Under the pieces are notes generated by a model. That model saw only the letters and a program-made list of their open reading frames with translations, made no database searches and was not told the DNA's origin. This document shows, one piece after another, positions 40,101-51,090 of a DNA stretch of 64,000 bases. A program made the position numbers and the translations under genes. The first letter of the stretch is position 1; each line of letters starts with the position of its first letter. This DNA is from Pseudomonadota bacterium (lineage in GTDB: Bacteria > Myxococcota > JACRCW01 > JAFGSX01): assembly GCA_043821645.1 (NCBI GenBank), contig JBDRCO010000001.1, positions 1 through 64,000 of the forward strand. The letters are read 5' to 3'.

Positions 40101-41315
40101 CCACAGCCAGATGTTGCTGTAGCGGGCGCCGGCCTTGCTCATGGTGACGTTGGCGTTGAGGTCGACGGTGCCCTGGTTCGCGAGGCTGCCACCGAGGCTC
40201 GCGTCGTTGTTCACCGTGAGGATCCCGCTGTTGACGAGGTCCGCGTTGACGTTGCGGTGGGCACCGCCGCTGTTCAGCGTCAGGCTCCCCGCGTTGTCGA
40301 TGCCAGCACCCGGGACGTTGAGGGTCACCCCGTACCAGCCGTGATTGGTGCCGGCCGCGATCGCGCCGTCATTGCGGAAGGCCCGGGTCGCGTTGAGGGT
40401 GGCGTGCTGCACCGAGCCGTCGCCCCAGACATGCAGCGCCTGGCTGGCCGAGAGGTCGCCGGTGAAAGCGCAGACCCCGAGGAAACGGAAGGTGGCCGCG
40501 TCGGGCGCGCTGATAGCCAGATTGGCACCGATGAGGGTGACCATGCCTTGGCCGTTCGCCGGGTTGGCCGTGCCGGTGACGGTGCCACCGTCGAGGGCGA
40601 ACGCGCCGTTGCGGAACTGGATGGCACCGGTCCCTGCCAGCGCGATACCGCCGCCGGCCTGGTTGAACTGGGTCGAAGCGCCCGAGAAGTTCACGACGAC
40701 GCCCGTGGCCACCTGAATGGAACCGCTGTTCCGGTACACAGCGGAGGCCAGCGGTAGGGTGGTGCTGCCCGCGAAGCTCATCGTTCCTTGATTGTCGAAG
40801 CCGCCGCTCAGGGTGCTCGAGGCACCGATCTGCACCGTTCCGCGATTGAGGAGCTCGGCGTTGAGGTTGCGCGACGCACCCCCAGCAGCGCTCAGCACCA
40901 GGCTGCCGTCGTTGGTCAGACCGCCTGTGCTCACTGTCAAGGTCGGGCTGTACCAGCTGTGGCTCGTCGACATCAGGATCTGGCCACTGTTGCTGACAGC
41001 GCCCTGGGAGGTCAGGGTGATGTGGCCGCTGCCCGTTGCCTGCAGGTGCAGGGTTGCGGCCGAGGCCGCGACCTGGATGCCACCAACGGTGGCGCTCGCG
41101 TGAAGCGATACCGTGTACACCGCCCCGGTGACATCGATGATGGCCGTGTCCCCGGCACCGGGCACCGCGCCCCCCGACCACTTGCTGCCATCCGTCCACT
41201 CGCCGCTCACCGGCGCCAGCCAGCGGACATCGGCGGCCAGGGCTGTTCCTGACAGAGCGAGCAGCAGCGAGATGAGGACGCAGGAGCGCAGAAGCTGCAG
41301 CGGCAGGCGAGACAT
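31149..41315 (-). CDS. Giant (3388 aa) secreted adhesin-like protein: beta-helix repeats, invasin/Ig-like, FnIII, carboxypeptidase-regulatory-like domains, Cys/Gly-rich C-terminus
   Basis: Signal peptide ending ALA-AD; W..GSKWSGGAVP start; five ~205-aa repeats; autochaperone-like cap (PGTSPGTLT...YDRLAVTG); FnIII units (LSWTA...GYEV); WSVTPTSVEDQYDV.IETTFETQVP domain; G10-F-G15 tail; no C-terminal beta-barrel or TM anchor. Confidence 0.92.
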   Translation of the reverse strand: MSRLPLQLLRSCVLISLLLALSGTALAADVRWLAPVSGEWTDGSKWSGGAVPGAGDTAIIDVTGAVYTVSLHASATVGGIQVAASAATLHLQATGSGHITLTSQGAVSNSGQILMSTSHSWYSPTLTVSTGGLTNDGSLVLSAAGGASRNLNAELLNRGTVQIGASSTLSGGFDNQGTMSFAGSTTLPLASAVYRNSGSIQVATGVVVNFSGASTQFNQAGGGIALAGTGAIQFRNGAFALDGGTVTGTANPANGQGMVTLIGANLAISAPDAATFRFLGVCAFTGDLSASQALHVWGDGSVQHATLNATRAFRNDGAIAAGTNHGWYGVTLNVPGAGIDNAGSLTLNSGGAHRNVNADLVNSGILTVNNDASLGGSLANQGTVDLNANVTMSKAGARYSNIWLWSIASGVVLTINGSGTEFSQAGGRLEFEGTARLDYSNGHFRFSGGVLSGTPDAANLRGMPRLIHSDLTIQSPNAAAFVINGASTLAGNISANQSLYIYGNDSVQHAAVTVPAGLVNEGMLQLGTNHGWYGVTLTVNGGALENRASLVIGGGGAHRNINASILNSGSIQVNNDTGLHGSITNSGLIDLNSNTTSTKTGASYLNSGTWSIASGITLAVNGADTTFEQQAGSLDFEGTATFNYSNGQFVFSGGAITGTPDVANLRGMARLIHSDLAIQSPNHAAFVLNGIGTLIGDISLDQAVYIYGNGSVQHAAVTVPAGLVNEGVLQLGTNHGWYGVTLTVNGGALENRASLVIGGGGAHRNINASILNSGSILVNNDAGLHGSITNSGLIDLNSNTTSTKTGASYLNSGTWSIASGITLTVNGAGTTFEQQAGSLDFEGTAIFDYSNGHFLLRGGQITGTPDVSNLRGMPRLIHSDLSLLSPAPSAFMLNGSGALEGAVSAAQSVYLYGNGSVQHAAISAPAGFVNGGLLQLGTNHGWYGVTLTVPDPGLVNAGTLQISGGGAHRNVVAALDNQGRIVTQQDCTLGRSGAVHRNSGTLQVDTATATLSGSSFTNLAGGVLTGRGTIDSSAVALAQSGIVRPGTSPGTLTITGATPMSSTSRLEVELVGLTVGSQYDRLAVTGASTVAGTLAVTLGDGYTPSVGDTWTIMTCSAGCSGDFANLEGMDLGGLGGLYVYVNANNVQVKLEELPHFALVPGTAAPVAGVPFDVTVTAQDPFDATLTTYAGTALFSSSDGTATLPPMYTYSGADLGVHSFVQAVTLRTAGQQTLRAVSGENYLMRGQVVLDVQPAAVNAGRTEITASPLSIEANGFTSSTITVTPRDGFGNKAGAGHSVVIQVTGGTLQGSVLDVGDGTYTQVLLSTTTPQFVTASSVVDGTPQVALKTVQFRADTTAPAPVVLSVDAVAETTVDLSWTASSSVDTTGYEVHRSVGGVPQAPELVSGAAHRVTGLTACTDYLFEVSPYDLAGNLGLPSNVEAVRTHLTGNPAAPASLTATAHDQYVSLSWATSASCDVTSYTIARSTTSGGPYTDVASGIVGTSALDLFLTNDQPYFYVVRALDSEGLFSGNSVQASATPTASPAAGPVQNLAASSLTGGRVVLTWAPPASGSPQDYQIFRASSAGIDVGTATPVATVTELTHEDVPGSDGIFWYTVVWLDVVNKQSLPAAEVSALADAGPPTAAVSVEGSGTRGIGTWQVTLTASESLGALPILSWTPPQGSAQSLALIQDVGDDKIYTGSILVSDGMATGSSAFAFSGEDVLGNVGTTLSSGASLAVDGKRPTASIATAPATPVKAGNVQIMVTASEALGSAPDLNLTPLGGSAIALTATGSDEIWTASLLVTGTTGDGDGLFALSMTDAAGNTGTTITAGDTLTIDTQAPDAPASISVVAGTQGAIDVGWPAPTSEPAAGYDLYRSDTAITSVVGLTPVVTGLQQRTHSDLPPTEGDWFYAVVAMDAAGNRSGPSPSASAFSDQTPPGAPTGLTATVISAQVQLSWTAPAGEAAASYDLFRLDASFGGSVAGHTPVVTDLATTSTLDLPPSDGSYYYVVVARDAVGLVSAPSNEAQTLFDRDGPVIEVSGVVHGQHSNASLTPVITVTDITLDTWSAALDGAAFTSGTVVSAEGSHSLVVDAVDLGGHTSQRSVDFTIDLTAPVVSINGVSEGQRYTSPPAPTAVATDDHLFEVVMILGGQPYVAGTPITVDGNWTVQATARDLAGNEATATVNFVVDLPPGPVAWAHAEVTDSQVTLSWPAAEELDAASFRVLRDGVEVYTGTGLQTVVGEPARAPYRVQLDIHTLDAAGQEGLARSLVLYPFVVTLADYGKADALGSPQLTRGTFDQVLLQIANDDLAEQDFGPAELSLFDSEDTEWWRRESTQTITVPALDASATTEVVYSHPELVDEGNQLELVLPLPGTAWASAVYRTRFELSSRAPAGATIEAVHESLMRGTQAEVHLKLTNRGSANLQLVSQRGSNPSDELQVRFRHPDLSVLVSAWVDDQLIGQVQPGGTRIVTLAPGAAVTFAPSQLVIPNDTPDNILLEVEALQIHHAWGQADAQHQPGFVKSTGVNVVPPPYLVTATTDKAEYNQGELVLISGVATETATGNPAASVVVKISLRNGGFKQVYYARTDSSGLYTYPFFPGYTQAGQFSVGATHPAVVVDEEDATFVVHGLELTPGRFALRLSKNTSYVVGFVLRNTGETAITGLNLAIADADSGDGVTAVLEGALPGQLAPRQSVSLGVRVSAELIAADQASFELNLTNDQGATRLSRLEVDLFAASPAPLIAPRYLDLSMLAGGSLTRTVQVRNVGYDAWENVQIVRPASVPWVLVPTGLDLGTLAPGDATSFDILLLPPDDQPSGVVNAALTLTSHNFQDVPFNMSVKVTTNAVGSADVKITNFLYAEVDPGRPVEGTQVTLINQELPTLIGPFVQISASDGLVHFVDIPGGRYSYRVQKAGFRVAGVDGADADSGLLLVEADQTAYLEIALMESVVDVEWSVTPTSVEDQYDVLIETTFETQVPVPVIEIVPALQNFDMVPGETKNGQLELINMGLVSAWDVELAGFVQDHYLDVQFAFTRIPELPARSRLVIPFTVYLKTHGSPPPTPCTEFLFSGHFEWKWYCSTAGTWERRPTYSFTGDVRSHTAKVSVEPNPVVRQTFYNCPGFENGEGVTPPAYTVRSRESGDVGLCKCGRVMTAGIGLPTLGGLVDKLKEAAVGKLDKLLGKLGVPSWDQVTDAMGQAAFGADWGDVKAAKDKLDDLKSSAEEAAGNIGQAIDLVEQGICEGDGLADNINNVVERLGEEAADVILNQVLEKFTGGALSFTKAYTKFDKTCLPVGGSASADIPEQSSSFGGGTMCFEVKVGCEAGEAQCCPVCSTYVDVTAICTPSVISISQSGGGGGGGGGGFGGGGGGGGGGGGGGGSSAPGACER
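38801..39815 (-). repeat. Near-identical ~400-bp direct repeat pair at 615-bp offset inside the giant gene
   Basis: 38801-39200 aligns to 39416-39815 with only scattered substitutions by eye; the ORF track gives near-identical shadow ORFs 38914-39114 and 39529-39729. Confidence 0.9.
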
Positions 41316-41528
41316 GGAGCCCCCTTCGCGGCGACGCTACCCACCGCGAATCCCGCAGAGGACTCGTGACAGATCGCGTGCCCAAGGCACAGGACGCGAG
41401 ATGATCGATCAGTCCTGAAGTCTGGCAGACCAGGTATGGCAGTCAAGGCGCCCGGGCACGAAGGCCAGGATTGTGCCTATCCTGCAATGGGCCCTCATCG
41501 CGCGACCACCGTCGCAGGGGAACGCACC

Positions 41529-42503
41529 TTGTCCCAGCCTTCCCGGCCACCGCCTCCCGATCCCCCCAGCGTGCATCGTGCCCTCGTGTACGCCGCGGCC
41601 GTGCCTGGTTGGGGCAACTGGTACGCGGGTCATCGCCTTCACGCCACGGTCCTGTTCGTGCTGCTCGGGCTGCTGCTGCTGTGGTTCTTCTCGACCATGA
41701 TCCTGACCGTGACTGGCCTGGTCAGCCGCATGTTCGCGGCCTTCGACGAGGCACCTTCGCGCGGGCCCCTGAACTTGCCCGTGCTGCCCATGGCTGCGTC
41801 GGTGCTCGGCATCTACCTGCTGTGGCTGTGGGGCATGGCGGCGGCCGTCGACGGCGCAGTGCGCGCGCGGACCCAGAAACAGCTGCCGGCACAGCGCAGC
41901 GTACCCTGGGCGGTGTTCATGGCCTGGCTGTGCCCCGGCACCGGCCAGCTCTACCTCGGTGCACGTGGCCTGGGCTTCGCACTGGTGGTCGTCACCGCGC
42001 TGAGCCGGCTCCTGGTGATCCCGGCCTACCGCCGCATGATAGACGGCGCCATGGCCCTGGTGCAGGAGGGCAAGGTCTCGGCCACCGACGTCGAGGGCCT
42101 GATCGACGCCGTGCACGCGCTGCAGCTGCAGGTGGACTACGGCGCAGGCAACGTGCTGATGCAGCTCACGGCGTTGATCGCCTTGGCGCTCACCGCGGCC
42201 GCCATCCACACCACCTACCAGGCCGCGCGCACGGCGAACCAGGCCATGGGCCTGCTGCTGCTCGGCTGGCTGTGCCCGGGTGCGGCGCAGCTGCTGCAGG
42301 GTCGGACCGTCGTCGGGGGAAGCGTTCTCGTGCTCTACCTGGCCTCGCTGCTGCTGCTGGCCCTGCTCTTTGGCGTCGGCGCCACAGGTCCTGGTGGCGT
42401 CGACAGCGTCGAGTGGTGGCTCATCGTTCTGCAATGGGGCGCCATGGTCGAGGCCGTGATCCATCTGACGCTGCTGCGCGAAGACCCCTCACCCGGTCGC
42501 TGA
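41529..42503 (+). CDS. Multi-pass membrane protein with three PGxG/AQ(L)YxG (TM2/DUF5683-like) units
   Basis: VPGWGNWYAGHR, CPGTGQLYLGAR and CPGAAQLLQGRT, each followed by hydrophobic helices. Start uncertain (41436/41487/TTG 41529). Confidence 0.7.
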   Translation: MSQPSRPPPPDPPSVHRALVYAAAVPGWGNWYAGHRLHATVLFVLLGLLLLWFFSTMILTVTGLVSRMFAAFDEAPSRGPLNLPVLPMAASVLGIYLLWLWGMAAAVDGAVRARTQKQLPAQRSVPWAVFMAWLCPGTGQLYLGARGLGFALVVVTALSRLLVIPAYRRMIDGAMALVQEGKVSATDVEGLIDAVHALQLQVDYGAGNVLMQLTALIALALTAAAIHTTYQAARTANQAMGLLLLGWLCPGAAQLLQGRTVVGGSVLVLYLASLLLLALLFGVGATGPGGVDSVEWWLIVLQWGAMVEAVIHLTLLREDPSPGR

Positions 42504-42506
42504 CCC

Positions 42507-43859
42507 TCAGAAACTCGCCGTCAGCATGCTGTAGCCCCACAGCTGCGCGTCCGAGCCCTTGTCCAGGGCGAAGCCCGTGGGCAAGAAGGTGCTCAAGCCG
42601 GTCTGCCAGGTGAGGTAGGCGTTGACCTTGAAGCTCACCGTGGCGTCGAGCTCGTGGCCCAGAAGCAGCTCGTCGGCGTGCTCGCCCGGCTGGTCATTGT
42701 TCGCCGCCAGCAGGGTCGCGCCTCCGGCATTGGTCCAGCCGTCGTCGGCGGTGGCCCTGGCCAGCAGCCAGTACGACAGGCCCACCTGCACACCGCTCCA
42801 CAGGGTGAGCTTGGCGTGCAGCGCACCGTTGAGCGCGTTGGACCAGCTGGCCAGATCCATGAAGCCGTAGAAGCCGTGGTTGGTCGGGAACAGGTTGATG
42901 AAGCGCTCGGACTGCTTGGCGGTCCCGGTGTCGTCGCCCGTGGCGACGTTCACCTCGAGACCCAGGCTCGGCGAGGTGGGCAGCGCCAGGGTGTAGGCCG
43001 CGTCGCCGTGCAGGGCGTAGGCGAACTGCCCCACCTGCGCATCCGCATTCAGGGAGCCGAGCTGCAGCGCACCCTCGACGCCAGCGTTGACGCCGAAGCC
43101 CGCGTAGCGCGCGCGCGTGCCCAGGGTGAAGATCTGGCGGCGCAGGGCGGTCTGGGCCTCGCTCGCCCCCGGGTCGAGCAGGGTGCCCGCGGGCAGGGCC
43201 AGGCCGGTATCGACCAGGGTCAGCAGGTACTGGTCGCAGACCAGGGTACCGTCGAGAAATGCGAGCGCGCTGTACAGCCCCGAAAAGTGCGTGGCGTCGA
43301 GCAGGTTGCCCTTCTTGCCGGGCGTGAACACCGCGCTGAAGGCGTCGAGCGAGCCCAGGCCATGCTTCCAGGTCAGGCGCGCGGCCTCGAACACGCGGCC
43401 CTGGTTGGCCCACTCCAGGGCCCCCACCAGGCGCTGGTCGCCGAACATGAGCTGCTGCCTACCGAGCTTGAGCGCCAGGGACAGCGATGGAATTTTCACC
43501 TCGGCCCAGGCCTGGTGCAGATCCGTGTTGCCGCTGTAGCCCACGGCGTCGTTGCCGAAGCCGGCCAAGCGCGCGTCCTGCACCTGCACGAAGCCGGTGA
43601 GCCAGTCCTGATAGTGCATCCCCAGACCCAGGCGCGCGCGCTGCGATCCGAACACCAGGGTGTCCGCGGCCGCCGCGTCCAGGTCCGCGTTCTCGCGTAG
43701 CTCTGGGCGGGCGCGATACTGCAGGGTCAGGTCCCCCCACACGCCGTCGCGCTGGCCGACCATGGGGGGTGGCGCCTCGTCGCCCCGGGCCTGCGTGGCG
43801 GGGAGCAGGCCGAGACCAAGACCACACAGCCATCCGCTGAACACGATGCTTGTTCGCAT
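42507..43859 (-). CDS. Outer-membrane beta-barrel, alginate-export (AlgE-like) family
   Basis: Signal peptide; YRARPE, QRARLG, VQVQDAR, DLHQAWAE, KLGRQQL.FGDQRLVG..W.N, ATGD, LFPTNH.FYGFMD, LGHELD; terminal Phe. Confidence 0.88.
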   Translation of the reverse strand: MRTSIVFSGWLCGLGLGLLPATQARGDEAPPPMVGQRDGVWGDLTLQYRARPELRENADLDAAAADTLVFGSQRARLGLGMHYQDWLTGFVQVQDARLAGFGNDAVGYSGNTDLHQAWAEVKIPSLSLALKLGRQQLMFGDQRLVGALEWANQGRVFEAARLTWKHGLGSLDAFSAVFTPGKKGNLLDATHFSGLYSALAFLDGTLVCDQYLLTLVDTGLALPAGTLLDPGASEAQTALRRQIFTLGTRARYAGFGVNAGVEGALQLGSLNADAQVGQFAYALHGDAAYTLALPTSPSLGLEVNVATGDDTGTAKQSERFINLFPTNHGFYGFMDLASWSNALNGALHAKLTLWSGVQVGLSYWLLARATADDGWTNAGGATLLAANNDQPGEHADELLLGHELDATVSFKVNAYLTWQTGLSTFLPTGFALDKGSDAQLWGYSMLTASF

Positions 43860-43891
43860 GCCAACCTCGCCGAAGCAGGTGTGAATCGCCG

Positions 43892-45226
43892 CTACCTGGC
43901 CTTGCCCAGGGCCTTCTCGTAGACCTCGCGCATCTTGCCCGAGCGGATATCCTTCTTGATCTCGTCGCTGGGCCTGTTGATCCACGCGTGCATGGGATCG
44001 TCTTTGAGCAGCTTGGCAATCATGGCATCGACCTCGGGATCCTTGTAGGCCTGCGCTGCGGGCAGGAACTCGAAGTAGAAGTGCTTGGCCACCTCGTACA
44101 TGCCGTGCCACCAGGTGTAGTCCGGCCCCATCATGGCGGCGCCGTGGCGGGCGCGACGCCCCTCGTGGTGCCAGATCTCCCAGTAGATCCACTCGATGTC
44201 GTTGCCGAAGCTGGCCTTGCGCTCGAGCAGGCCCTTCTTCTTGATGAGGTCCATGATGGCCGTGGCCGGCTTGGCGAACTTCTCGTTGTACAGCACCACC
44301 AGGTCGTCGTACTGCGCGTAGTGACCGTCGACGAAGTCCTTGGCGTGACAGGCCGCGCACACGTCCTGCATGGCCTCGCGCTTCTTCTGCCAGCTGTCCT
44401 TGTGCGACGAGATGGGCGGCCTGAGCGTCCACGAGATGCGCTGCCCCACGTCGTGGGTGAGCGGCTGCTTGGCCGTGGCCGACATGTGGCAGGTGGCGCA
44501 GGTGGGCGCCACCGCGTAATCCTTGCCCACCACCCAGCTGGGGCTCTTGAGGTTCATCTCGTCGACGTGGGTGAAGAAGGCATTGCCGTGCTTGCTCTCC
44601 TCGTAGATCTCCGCCTGCGGGTGGTCCGGACCGAGGTGGCACTTGCCGCAGGCCTCGGGCCGCCGCGCCTGGGCCACCGAGAAGCTGTGGCGGGCGTGGC
44701 AGGCGGTGCACGAACCCTTGCTTCCGTCGGGGTTGATGCGGCCTATTCCAGCATTTGGCCAGCTTTCGCGCGCCAGCTTGTTGGGCCGCTTGGCGTCGAT
44801 CTTGACCACGGTGCCGTGGCAGTTCTCGCAGCCCGCGGTCGCCGCCGGGGTGCCACCGGCCGCGTGTGCCAGGTAGGCGTCGGCCGAGTGCAGGATCTCG
44901 CCCGCGGTGGCGTGGTAGGACTCGCCCACTTGCTTGGCCTCGGCCTCGTGGCACTGACCACAGTCCTTGGGCGTCACCAGGGTCGCGATGAGGGAACCGT
45001 TGTGCTTGAAGGCGTCGGGTTCGCCGGCCTTGGCCTGGTGGCAGTCCAGGCAGGACACGCCGTTCCGGGCGTGCTTCGAGTCCTGCCACTGCTTGTGCAG
45101 GCCAGGGTTCTTCTTCTGGTGACAGGTCTCGCAGACCGAGGCCTTACTGGCGGCCCGGGTGCCGACCGGCATGGCGAGCCCCGCTCCGACTAGCATCCAC
45201 ACGCCCAGCGCGCTCCTCGTCGTCAT
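43892..45226 (-). CDS. Octaheme cytochrome c, hydroxylamine oxidoreductase (HAO) family
   Basis: Eight CxxCH motifs (CETCH, CLDCH, CGQCH, CENCH, CTACH, CGKCH, CATCH, CAACH); GPDHPQ.EIY.ESKHG; HHEGRRARHGAAMMGPDYTWWHG; GGAGG RBS, signal peptide. Confidence 0.92.
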   Translation of the reverse strand: MTTRSALGVWMLVGAGLAMPVGTRAASKASVCETCHQKKNPGLHKQWQDSKHARNGVSCLDCHQAKAGEPDAFKHNGSLIATLVTPKDCGQCHEAEAKQVGESYHATAGEILHSADAYLAHAAGGTPAATAGCENCHGTVVKIDAKRPNKLARESWPNAGIGRINPDGSKGSCTACHARHSFSVAQARRPEACGKCHLGPDHPQAEIYEESKHGNAFFTHVDEMNLKSPSWVVGKDYAVAPTCATCHMSATAKQPLTHDVGQRISWTLRPPISSHKDSWQKKREAMQDVCAACHAKDFVDGHYAQYDDLVVLYNEKFAKPATAIMDLIKKKGLLERKASFGNDIEWIYWEIWHHEGRRARHGAAMMGPDYTWWHGMYEVAKHFYFEFLPAAQAYKDPEVDAMIAKLLKDDPMHAWINRPSDEIKKDIRSGKMREVYEKALGKAR

Positions 45227-45318
45227 CCTGTCCTCCCGTGCCGCGTGGTTGGCTCGTCCACGCACGATCATTCGCTGAATTTGTGAGCTCACCTTGCCAG
45301 CGCCCGGGGGCCGTGGCC

Positions 45319-45332
45319 TTGAGCTAGGTCAA
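45319..45332. promoter_or_regulatory. CRP/FNR-family-like binding site
   Basis: TTGAGCTAGGTCAA = TTGA-N6-TCAA, 8/10 match to TTGAT-N4-ATCAA, about 95 nt upstream of the octaheme gene. Confidence 0.5.
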
Positions 45333-45519
45333 TTTTGTTGGCGAAAAGTGTGCACCCCTTTACTCCAGGTCATGGCGGCCTCTGGGTCCAGCCCTTGTGC
45401 ACCGTGCGTGGAACATGGAAACATCGGCCCGCCCGGCGTGAGGACGAGAGATCGCCACGAGCTGAGGGACTCAGCTCCGTGCAGCGAGGGCACCCACGCG
45501 GCCTCAGGAGGCTCCTGTC

Positions 45520-49607
<4,088 letters not shown>

Positions 49608-49611
<4 letters not shown>

Positions 49612-50525
49612 ACATCTTGATCGTCGAGGATGACCCGGTTCACACCAAGCTGCTGTCGGGTCTGCTTGGGCGCTGGGGCTACCAGGTGCACAGCGCGGCC
49701 AACGGCGAGGACGCCATCCGGGTGCTGGAGCAGGGCCAGCCCATCTCGCTGGCGATCGTCGACTGGATGATGCCAAAGATGGACGGCCTGCAGCTCTGTC
49801 GCGAGATCCGGGAGCGCTTCAACGAGCCCTACCGCTACCTCATCTTGCTGACCGCCCGGGACCAGCGCGACGACATCATCCAGGGCTTCGACGCCGGCGC
49901 CGACGATTACCTGGTCAAGCCCGTGCACCACAACGAGCTGAGCGCGCGCCTGCGCGCAGCCAAGCGCCTCATCGACACCCAGCAGAAGCTCCTCGATGCC
50001 CAGGAGAAGCTCCGCGAGCAGGCCACCCACGACACCCTGACCGGGATCTGGAACCGCGGGGCGATCTTCGCCACCCTCGAGGCCGAGCTCGAGCGCGCCG
50101 TGCGTCAGCAGACGCCGTGTTCCATCGTGATGATAGACCTCGACCACTTCAAGAACGTGAACGACACCCACGGCCACCCCATCGGTGACCAGGTGCTGGT
50201 CGAGGCGGCCCGCCGCATCCGCGGCTCGCTGCGCCCCTACGACGTGCTGGGGCGCTACGGTGGCGAGGAGTTTCTGGTCGTGGCCCCGGGCTGTGATCAG
50301 CGCAGTGCTGGCGAGCTGGCCGAGCGCATTCGCAGCCAGTTCTGCGCGACGCCCATTGCCACCTCGGGTCCCACGCTGCCCCTGACCCTGAGCGCCGGCG
50401 TGGTAGCGCTGGAGGCCGGGGAGCGTGTCGAGCTGAATCGGTGGCTGGCCACCGCCGACCAGGCGCTGTACCAGGCCAAGAGCAACGGTCGGAACACCTG
50501 CGCCGCAGGGACCCTGCGCCCATGA
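49608..50525 (+). CDS. REC-GGDEF diguanylate cyclase
   Basis: DWMMPKMDG receiver; [28 protein letters not shown]-site, RYGGEEF; GTGA overlap with the kinase. Confidence 0.95.
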
Positions 50526-50905
50526 AAGGCTCACCCATGGCACGCGTGCTGGCTGTCGACGACGATCCGACCGTGATCGCCCTCGAGCGACGGGTCCTCG
50601 AGCGCGAGGGTTACGAGGTGGTGACCGCGTCGGACGGAGCGGGTGCCATGGCGTTGCTGCAGGAGCAGGACTTTGACCTCGTCCTGCTCGACATCATGAT
50701 GCCGGGCGTCGATGGCTACGCGGTGAGCCGGGCCTTTCGCGAGAACAAGGCCAACAGGCGCGTGGCGGTGATCTTCATCTCGTCCCGGGAAGACACCCAG
50801 GCCATCACCGAGGGCTTCCGCGCCGGCGGCACCCTGTTCCTGCGCAAGCCCTTCTCGGCCAACCAGCTGACCAGGATGGTCAAGGGCATGATCCGCGAGC
50901 CCTGA
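50522..50905 (+). CDS. Single-domain response regulator
   Basis: VLAVDDD, LLDIMMPGVDG, FISS, KPF; start at ATG 50522 (overlap) or 50537. Confidence 0.92.
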   Translation: MKGSPMARVLAVDDDPTVIALERRVLEREGYEVVTASDGAGAMALLQEQDFDLVLLDIMMPGVDGYAVSRAFRENKANRRVAVIFISSREDTQAITEGFRAGGTLFLRKPFSANQLTRMVKGMIREP

Positions 50906-50936
50906 GCGACGACGCCCGACCGCCTGTCGTCGTCGC
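50906..50936 (+). terminator. Hairpin immediately after the signalling operon
   Basis: GCGACGACG-N13-CGTCGTCGC perfect 9-bp stem; no U-tract. Confidence 0.35.
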
Positions 50937-51090
50937 GAGGCCGGCGCCGCGCCCCGGAGATCACGGCCCGGCGACAGCGCCGGAGGCAGCGGTACCTCCC
51001 CAGCAACCCGGCGTGGTTACGCCGGACGCTTGCGGTCGGCGCGGCGATGGGGCAAGCACTGGCCCGGGGGCGCAGCACAGGAACCGGCCC

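Noticed and set aside
43860-45089. Apparent N-terminal half of the 860-aa ORF 42507-45089, suggesting a cytochrome-barrel fusion or frameshift
   Set aside because: It is an alternate frame of the cytochrome gene. The cytochrome has its own stop, and the barrel has its own RBS (GAGG) and signal peptide at 43859.
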